64,000 nt of DNA from Octopus sinensis (Eukaryota): positions 20,398,001-20,462,000 of the forward strand of contig NC_043003.1 of NCBI RefSeq assembly GCF_006345805.1, read 5' to 3'. How positions within the stretch are numbered: the first letter of the stretch is position 1; each line of letters starts with the position of its first letter. Below the pieces are notes generated by a model that ran no database searches, was not told where the DNA came from, and saw only the letters and a list, made by a program, of their open reading frames with translations. Below, one piece after another: positions 55,261-64,000 of this stretch. A program made the position numbers and the translations under genes.

Positions 55261-55736
55261 TACACACTGGTATATATATATATATATGAAGCCATTGAAA
55301 AGATTTCTATTAAATAAAATTATATGAAATAAAATATCTTTAAAAGTGAAGTTAAGTTACGAATCGTTAGAAGAAATCAATCAAATGGAATATACTCTAC
55401 AGAAAGTGTAATTTACAGTGTTTTAATTGCGGAAGTTATATATCAAGATAGGAAATTACATTGAATTTCAAACTTATCAGGGAAAGAGTGTTTGCGACCT
55501 AATTATTAGGGAACAGAAAATTTTGGAAGAGGAATCATTAAAATATCATAAAGTGCCGAATCGATTAACAATTATGCAACTATAGCAGAAATGGAATGAC
55601 AGAGGCTGAGAGAAGCAGAAAATAGCTGCACTACAGGTTTTTTGTATGAGTTTGCCTTCTCCTAGAAAGACGTTCTAACGATAACTAGGAGCCCTTCACT
55701 CCCAGTGGTGCCACATGATAGTAAAATGATAGTTAT

Positions 55737-55911
55737 AGGCGCAGGAGTGGCTGCGTGGCAGGTAGATTGCTTACCAACCACATAGCTCCGGGTTTAGTCC
55801 CATTGCGTGACACCTTGGGCAAGTTTTTTTCTACTATAGCCTCGGGCTGACCAAAGCCTTGTGATTGGATTTGGTAGACGGAACTGAAAGAATCCCGTCG
55901 TATATATGCAT

Positions 55912-56002
<91 letters not shown>

Positions 56003-56225
56003 TTGTGAGTCTGTGTTTGTTCCCCTCCCCCAACATCGCATGACAACTGATGCTGGTGTGTTTACGTCTCCGTAACATAGCGGTTCGGCTAAGCGACCGA
56101 TAGAATAAGTACTTGGCTTACAAAGAATAAGTCATGGGGTCGATTTGCTCGACTAAAAGCGGTGTTCCAGCATGGCCGCAGTCAAATGACTGAAACAAGC
56201 AAAAGAGTAAACAGTAAAGAGTAGG
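55737..56225 (+). mobile_element. SINE family B, full length
   Basis: Colinear with 22701-23112. Confidence 0.9.
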
Positions 56226-56420
56226 GACTCTAACAAGTTGTTCTACTCTGGGTCAGATTAGACCTAGGAACAATGGTGGCTAAGAGGTTTATTTCATGCT
56301 CCCCCAAATCAAGGAACCCCTGTACAAGGGCCCTGTACCTGATGCTTTTTAAAGTCATAGCCCGGACATACGTACATACATACATACATACATACATACA
56401 TACATACATACATACATACA

Positions 56421-56790
56421 TAGATTTGGGATAGGGAAGAGAAACTGTGCACAGTTGTGGAAATTAGTTGCCTAGCGGATGTTAACATAAAGTTAAAGAT
56501 CAGTGAAAAAGAGAACACCTATGTTGAACTATTGAGAAATATGCAGTTACTCTATCCAGATTAAATGTTCAGGTCTATACCTGTAATTATTGGGGACCTG
56601 GGATATGTAACACACTACCTAAATACCAATCTTGAGAAATTAGTATTCTCAAAAACAGAAAGGAGAAAGCTAATTCGAAGACTACAGATCCAACCCATTA
56701 CTGGAACTGTAAAGATCTGTAAAACTTTCCTGAAGTATATTACTTAAACGTATATGAGTATGTCTAGATATGTAACTATATGCAGATTTT
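56421..56790 (+). mobile_element. R4/RLE LINE 3' fragment (RLE domain plus start of 3' UTR)
   Basis: IWDREEKLCTVVEISCLADVNIKLKISEKENTY..LL..MQLLYPD*MFRSIPVIIGDLGYV...GTVKICKTF. Confidence 0.85.
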
Positions 56791-56848
56791 CGGTATAATT
56801 ATACTAATGTGTCCATCTGTTCTAATTTAATTAAATTCTATGTCTTTG

Positions 56849-56935
56849 TGCAGCTGAAGATTGCTCTACATTTTACATTGATGTAATGATTGCATTGTTC
56901 AATTAAATGGAGTTGCCTGAAACGATCGTACTGCA
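56849..56935 (+). ncRNA. Type-I hammerhead ribozyme-like motif with a long imperfect stem II
   Basis: tgcag-CTGAAGA-[58 nt including CATTT/AAATG and CTC/GAG pairings]-GAAA-CGATCG-TA-ctgca. Perfect 5-bp stem I, palindromic ACGATCGT, GUA triplet. Confidence 0.65.
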
Positions 56936-57054
56936 TTGCCTCTGGATATCTTTGTTGCATATTTTGATTTTAATCACCTTACTTTGAAATTGCATGGATA
57001 ATACCGTACTAAATTCTGGTGCCTCAACTTAAGTACCATATTCATCTGAATCTG

Positions 57055-57122
<68 letters not shown>

Positions 57123-57134
57123 ACTATATATATA

Positions 57135-57169
<35 letters not shown>

Positions 57170-57526
57170 CTACATGTGCGCACACATGCATATACACACT
57201 CGTATATAGTCATACGTGTACAAATACATACAGCTGTATAAATACATATATTCGTATATGCGAGCGTATCTTTTTTCGCTTTTAATCACTTTTTACCATT
57301 TGTTCTTTTATATTTTCACGACTTTATAATAAATAATAAAATCTTTCTGTCTTTCATTCCTTGTTTCTTTTCTTCTTTCTTTCCTTCTTACTTCCGTTCA
57401 TTCCTTTCTTTTACCTCCTCTTACATCTGCGCCATTTTTTTTTATATTAATGCTATCACTGTTCTTATAATTATTAACGATGTTGTCATAAACAAAATTA
57501 TTACTAGTTTGCTAAAAGCTTCAGGT

Positions 57527-57551
57527 TGTCTTCGTTCGTTTATCGTTTCAG
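57527..57551 (+). other. Putative 3' splice acceptor ahead of the coding exon, implying a 5' UTR intron
   Basis: Pyrimidine tract tgtcttcgttcgtttatcgtttCAG ends at 57551, 47 nt before the ATG. Confidence 0.45.
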
Positions 57552-57598
57552 ATGCTGCATTCACGGCGTAAAAAACATAATGTCCACACCGGTCGAGG

Positions 57599-58012
57599 AT
57601 GTTAGCTAATAACAATAATAATAATAATGCCATATCACTGCTAGTTTGGCTGCTTTGTATGTGGACCACAACAGGGTTCGCTACGAACGCTGCATTAGAC
57701 TATGACCAAATTCACATCCTTGGCCTCTGCGACCCGGACATTTACAAAGATTGCGTCGACGCCTTCACCAACTTTTTACCCAACAGAGACAACGTAGGAC
57801 CTTTTGAGACGTTTTATTATAATTGGTCGGTGATTAAGGCCAAAAAGGATTTCGCTACAGGACTACGAGAGATGGACGGTGTGTGCAGCAAATATACATA
57901 CCACGTGATGGTAGCTTTCGGTTTAACACCGACAATGATGACAGCAGCGCTTACAGCTGACACGTTCAACATAACGCTTTTGGCTTATGACACGACGCCT
58001 GGACACATTTTG
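57599..58012 (+). CDS. First coding exon of a secreted/membrane receptor. N-terminus resembles a periplasmic-binding-protein type 1 (ANF receptor / ionotropic glutamate receptor ATD) fold.
   Basis: ATG 57599 has a purine at -3 and an in-frame upstream TAA at 57578-80. 138 non-repetitive codons: N7 run, hydrophobic signal peptide (AISLLVWLLCMWTTTGFA), then IHILGL...VMVAFG...TAALTADTFNITLLAY, a beta-alpha pattern typical of ATD-like domains. Phase-0 GTGAGT donor at 58013. The rest of the 236-aa track ORF is intronic (TATC)n. The product family is an inference. Confidence 0.75.
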
Positions 58013-58046
58013 GTGAGTAATCGACTTTATTCTGATTTTTATTATC

Positions 58047-58122
<76 letters not shown>

Positions 58123-58953
58123 GTCTGTATATCTATCTATCTACCAGTCTGTTTGTTTGTCTGTATATCTATCTGTGTGTATAGCTGTTTGTATATCTAT
58201 CTATCTATGTATTTGTTCCTTTTTACCCAATATTTGCAGGCTATTCTTCTTTACTATAACTTCGAGATTCATTATTCCCCAAAATAAACACACGCATAAA
58301 TACATATAGACACACACACACACCACACACACACACACACACACATAAAGACATATACATATGCAAAATATTTTGTGCCAAATAAACACACACACTATAT
58401 ACTCGCTCTTCCCTTCAGCTTTATTATTATTCTTATTTTAGTGATCGTCTGAAATCTATCGTCATACATACATTGACTTCTCCAACGACTCTCTATCCCA
58501 GAACCGGAGGGGACACATAGGATGGGGAGTCACTGAAGAGGTCAGAGATGTGAATGAAGACCAAGTATATAGTGCGTGTGTTTAATAGTAAAAAAATATG
58601 ACCATCCCAAAATATAACATTATCTAGGAGAGGTTGGTAATCAATAAATTATTTAGCTACATCAGGATGCGAGTAGGTTCAGTTTTGGTGACATGCTCAC
58701 ATATTGTTTATAACAAAAGAAAGGAGAAAAAAAAACGGGAAGTGGGGAAAAAGTAAGCTGCACGTATAACACATAACTTAGAAGCAGCGCTACGGATGTG
58801 CCAGCACACACGAGATTGACACAAGGCCGACCTCATGCACTTCTCATGGGGAATTCCGGAAGGAGCTTCGTGAGATCACTGCTGAAACGCTTCCGGAAAA
58901 AAAGAAGAGCCGTTGTAAAACAGATTATAGCAGCGACTCCATCAATTCCTTGA

Positions 58954-58995
58954 GGTATCTGAAGAAGGAATTTTTATTCCGAAGTATATCAGACT
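58954..58995 (+). ncRNA. Degenerate intronic hammerhead-like motif
   Basis: ggtat-CTGAAGA-a-GGAAT-tttt-ATTCC-GAAG-TATA-TC-agact. A15.1 is substituted by G. Confidence 0.4.
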
Positions 58996-59559
58996 ATGGA
59001 TGATTAAATTAAAACAGTTATTATAGTCCATTGTTTGTATTATAGTGCATTGTTGTGTCATTCAAACCATTTTATTTTTTATAACATTATCTGGCTCAAA
59101 TTCACGATTTAACATCGGGAACCTTGCAAAACAAATACATACTAGTAGGACCCATGTAAATTCCACAGAATAGAAAAAATTAAGAGGACCTACTCAAGAA
59201 AGAAAAGATGATTTGAATTTTTATAGCCTTCATAGTTTAGTTATTCTGTAAATAATCTTGACGTTCATCTACATTTGTTTCCCCACGTCTCCGTCGATGT
59301 TGTCTTTTTCTTCTTTTTATGATACCTTCTCTCTGTTTCTCTCTGATCTGTGCTCTATATCTGCACATCTTTTCCTGGGCAGCTTGTAATCGTATTTCTT
59401 GTGAATTCGGAGATTAAGCTAAATTAAACATAAGCAAATATCAATTTTTGAAGCAGACGATAAATAATTGCTACTACGCGTATGCGATGGTCACTAGCAA
59501 AAAGTAAATTCAATAAAAAAGACAATTTTTCAATATCAACACACCTCCACCGCTATGTG

Positions 59560-59598
<39 letters not shown>

Positions 59599-60144
59599 GT
59601 AACCGCCTCCCCAGTCAATCTCTTCCTTTCCACCTTCCTCTCCAGCTAACTTTTTAATCACGTAATAAGTTTTCCTTGCCCACTCCACTGCGTGTCGTTA
59701 ACAATTCTCGCTCCTTCTTTTTCTCTCGTCATCTTATTCTCTCATCATTTTTTTCTCTCATTCTTTGCCTCTACCTTCAGCTGACCATAAAGTCATCGAC
59801 TGTCTGTTCTTTATTCACTCTTCTCTCTCACTTTCTTTCTTTCGCCCTTTACCCCTCTCACTCAGTCCTCCTCTACCTCTTTAACTAACTAATGTATAAC
59901 GGGTGAACGAAGAAGCAGATTATAATATAGATATCCATTTATTTTATGTTTATAGGAGTATGTATGAACATGTATGGGCATTACATGAGAACATATGCGC
60001 TTTCAGTTAATATTCAATGTAACCAAATATAACATTATATATGTGTGTGTGTGTGTGTGTGGTGTGTGTGTGTTGTGTGTGCGTTTCACTTCAGAAATGT
60101 CACCACACGTGGAACGTTGGCGATTTTCCTTCTTTGCCTTTCTC

Positions 60145-60179
60145 CTTTCCGACGAAGAACCACGCTCGAAACGTCAAAA
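60145..60179 (+). ncRNA. Minimal hammerhead-like motif, CCGACGA core variant
   Basis: ttt-CCGACGA-a-GAAC-cac-GCTC-GAAA-CG-TC-aaa. GUC triplet, one stem II mismatch. Confidence 0.45.
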
Positions 60180-60342
60180 ACACTCTCCTTTCATCGAACA
60201 TCAAAACACTATGATTTTTGAGTACGTCCGTACATTCGTTATTTTATATCTTTCGTTATTTTTCAGCTATTTTTTCTTTTTTTTTCGTTATCTCTTCGTT
60301 TTTTTAAAAATTATTTGTTCATTGAATTGAATATATATATTT

Positions 60343-60382
<40 letters not shown>

Positions 60383-60484
60383 CACAAAAGCATATATAAA
60401 CCGTAACCGACACATACAGCGAGCATCATTGGGTAGCGAATACCATGCTTTCGCCAATATTTTTAGGTAGCTCCCTGCATATGA

Positions 60485-60700
60485 TACTCTCTCTTTTACT
60501 CTTTTACTTGTTTCAGGCATTTGACTGTGTCCATGCTGGAGCACCGCCTTTTCGTCGAGCAAATCGACCCCAGGACTTATCCTTTGTAAGCCTAGTACTT
60601 ATTCTATCGGTGTCTTTTGCCGTACCGCTAAGTTGCGGGAACGTAAACCCGCCAGCATCGGTTGTCAAGCGATGTTTGCGGGACAAACACAGACACACAA
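60485..60700 (-). mobile_element. SINE family B tail half
   Basis: Reverse complement of 56010-56210. Confidence 0.85.
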
Positions 60701-60769
60701 ACATCTACATACATACATACATACATACATACATACATACATACATACATACATACATACATACATTGA

Positions 60770-60885
60770 AGCACTCCGTCGGTTACGACGACGAGGGTTC
60801 CGGTTGATCCGAATCAACGGAACAGCTTGCTCGTGAAATTAACGTGTAAGTGGCTGAGCACTCCACAGACACGTGTACCCTTAAC
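60770..60885 (-). mobile_element. SINE family C RTE-like tail
   Basis: gcactccgtcggttacgacgacgagggttccggttgatcc. Confidence 0.75.
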
Positions 60886-62619
60886 ATACATACATACATA
60901 CATACATACATACATACATACATACATCGTTCATTCTGAAAGGCATTCTGAAAAAGATAACAAAGGTTATTTGTGGTCACTAAACCTGTTAGAAACGGCA
61001 ACAACATCTCTCTCAAATTTTGCTTTATAATCTTCCTCGTAAAGAAAGGAAGTCACACATGTGATTATGTGTATTCGTACGTATACCAAGTCTGAAAAAT
61101 GCAATGACGAGATGGTCACGGCTAAAACAACTTTCATCATATGTGCACTTGATCAGGGCTGACCCGGGGCTAAATATCAATAACAACAGCAACAGTAACG
61201 ACGGCAAAGATCACATTGAACTCCCGCTTTCTTCTTTTGAAAGTTGAACTTGTATCTGATTAGTTTGACATTATCGTTAATCAATGATTTTTCCTTTCAA
61301 TCAACATCTAATTATATAATTATACAACTACGTAATTATATTAATTATGTAATTGTGTAATAAGTCTCAGTCGTGCAGCAATCTAGCATTTCGAAAAAGA
61401 CTCGCTGTTGTCACTCGATCTGTTAGAGATAGCAGTAAAATATCCCTGAAATCACTCCATACAGTCTTAGATAATACGGGACATATCGGAGAGCTTTGTT
61501 CTCGATAGACTGTGAACATTCTGATGGGAAGACAGGATGAATGGTAACGGTTGAAATACGGTTAAATCAACGAAAAATATTCAAACCACATTGGCCCATT
61601 GATAGAACGACCAAGGTGTCAATGAATGTGCTAGAAATAGCTGCCAATTCTTAAAATCAATCGCGAACGCTTAAAAAAGAAAACGGATGGAAACTATAGT
61701 CTTAGGAAAACACTTCCATTTCTAAAACAAAGATGGAATGGTCGAGACTGGAACGCCTTTAAAAGCATAAGCAATTTTGAATACATACACAATTTAAAGC
61801 AATTTGAACCCACGAGGGCAGTAACGCCAGAATTTCAGGCATCATTAAATTTCTCTCACTCTTCTTCTTCTTCTTCTTCTCTTCTTCTTCTTCTTCTTCT
61901 TCTTCTTCTTCTTCTTCTTCTTCTTCTTCTCCATTCTCTATTTCCATATTTCCTCCCGCCCCGCTACTTTTATCTCCGTTCCTTTACCATAGCCTACACT
62001 CTAACCAAGCCAGAGAGTCTCCCTCTTTGATAACTGATCAAACCTAGAATACCCTTTAGAAATTCTTCGTGTCTGTTTAATCTTTACCAGTCACTCTTGA
62101 ACAACTCATTTCCATTCGAAGTGTCATTTTTCACAACACTGTGGCACTCAATAACTGTCTTCCAACTTTACGATCAATTTGTCAATTCATATGTGTCAGC
62201 ATGTCCGTTATAGCTGTTAATAAATGAGAGATGACCATCTTCTTAGAAATCAAGCGGGAATAGAAATTTGAATATGAATTTAAGGAATACAACGAAGAAA
62301 ATAACAGATTTCTCATTTAATTGTTTGTCTAGTATGAAGTTCTTACACTTTCTAGTTGTTGAGGACCATGTATGGTGTTATTTCATCCTTACATTTGTCT
62401 ACAGCATGAATTAAACTTTAACTTATAAGCTAGATATATTACGAAGAGAAACATTTTTCAATGTGTTTTAATTGTATTTTTATCATCCTTATCTTCTCCA
62501 GTGTCACCGAATTTCTATTTTCTCACCATCATTTTTAAAATTATTGTCATCACCCGCAAACCTGTTTATAATAAAAGTCTTAAATTTTGCTATCATTTTC
62601 ATAGCTATCATAGTTATGA

Positions 62620-62905
62620 ACATGGATCTTTACCTTTTGACCGGCAGATTTAGAAAATAATTTTTTGTAACTTAACACTTTCAAACTTCGTATAGTGGTA
62701 GAATGTGTCATATAAAACATCTATTACTCTTAACGTTTTTGAGAAAAGTTTATATTTACGAAGTTATTTCGTGTTAAAGTTGTTGTATTTCGGTAATTTC
62801 AACAAATCAATGACGTGTATTCAGCTTAATAAAATTACTGCAACAACAACATCCGGTGGTGCAAAAGATGTTTTATATGACACATTCTACCAGTGTCCGA
62901 AGTCG
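62620..62905 (-). mobile_element. Copy of the 20345 repeat with a short inverted terminal duplication
   Basis: gtggtagaatgtgtcatataaaacatct (62695) vs agatgttttatatgacacattctacca (62865). Confidence 0.65.
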
Positions 62906-62919
62906 TATATATATAAATA

Positions 62920-63115
62920 CGTTTGTGTGTCTGTGTTTGTCCCCCAACATAGCTTGGCAAACAATACTGGTGTGTTTACGTCCCGTAACTTAGCGGTTCG
63001 GCAAAAGTTACCGATAGAATAAGTACAAGGCTTACAAAGAGTAAGTCCTGGGGTCGATTTGCTCGACTAAAGGTGGTGCTCCAGTTAAGTGACTGAAACA
63101 AGTAAAAGAATAAAC
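62920..63115 (+). mobile_element. SINE family B tail half
   Basis: gtttgtcccccaacatagcttg..gctggtgtgtttacgtcccgtaacttagcggttcggc. Confidence 0.85.
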
Positions 63116-63737
63116 CGAAAATTTAAAATATTAATACAATGTAAGAAAGGGGTATAACGGCATTGCTACTTTATTGTGCCTGGGGAGAGTCATTCACTTT
63201 TAGTGCCTTATTATTTAACACACTCACGGTTCCATTACCACCCATTTACTTCTGAATTTTTTCTAAAGTTTTCGATGCGTCTTGCAACCTTTTCAATAAT
63301 CGTTGACTCTGTCCGTTATCAGATCCGCGTTCTTTTTGTTTGTTTATTTGTGCGCATGTATGTGCGTCAGTTTGCAAGCGCATACACCTATGTATATATG
63401 TATGTATGTATGTATATATGAATGTATGTATGTATGTATGTTTGTATGTATGTATGTATGTATGTATGTATGTATGTATGTATGTATGTATGTATGTGCG
63501 TGTATGCATGTATGTATATGCATCTATATATGTATGCATGTGTGTATTCTGCATATTCATGTATTTGTGTTCATGCTTGTGTGTTTGTATCTGTACTTGT
63601 ATTTGTGTGTGTATATGGTCATGTATTTCAGTCTTCATTTGTGTATGTACGTGTGTATGTGTGTATGTGCTTGTCTGTCCGTATTACCTATGTAACACCT
63701 ATCTATCTGTTTAGTTACATATCCACTTACCTACATA

Positions 63738-63773
<36 letters not shown>

Positions 63774-64000
63774 TGTATGTATTTATAAATACATACATGA
63801 ATTTATATATTTATATATATATATATATATATACACGTCTACGTAACAACCTACTGACAACTCTACCGGTGTATATATAAAATGTGGGTATTGGGGTATG
63901 ATATTAATATATATTTAGAAGAGTTTTTTTTCCCTTTAATTTGAAAAGATCTAAACGTCAAAATAGTATTTTCGACTTTCTATATATTTTTTTCATTATT

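Noticed and set aside
58500-58570. Possible second coding exon after ...tatcccag
   Set aside because: The translation shows no receptor-like features and there is no convincing donor.
58855-58900. ttccgg...GAAACGCTT-ccggaa fold-back
   Set aside because: Stems are present but the CUGANGA half of the core is missing.

Overview
This is AT-rich eukaryotic DNA dense with microsatellites. It is most likely from an octopus or other coleoid cephalopod, inferred from the SINE families and repeat landscape as I recall them, not from a database search. Only one host coding exon is supportable: 57599-58012 (+), the first coding exon of a signal-peptide protein. Its N-terminus looks like an ANF-receptor/iGluR amino-terminal domain, and it ends in a GTGAGT donor. 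The rest is simple repeats plus many transposon relics: at least four tRNA-derived SINE families, five decayed R4/Dong-type RLE LINE pieces, a Penelope-like RT/GIY-YIG fragment, a MULE transposase split by a hAT MITE, mariner fragments and a piggyBac MITE. Nearly all ORFs in the supplied track are microsatellite translations. The least explained layer is about ten type-I hammerhead-ribozyme-like motifs of Penelope style, read by eye, in several unrelated non-coding elements. One sits in an apparent tRNA-headed SINE whose internal (AAT)n linker was entered three times by a ~555-bp element associated with (TAA)n tracts. Other motifs lie just after RLE-LINE 3' ends and on both sides of the host exon. 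The 43.5-47 kb triplication may be an assembly artefact.
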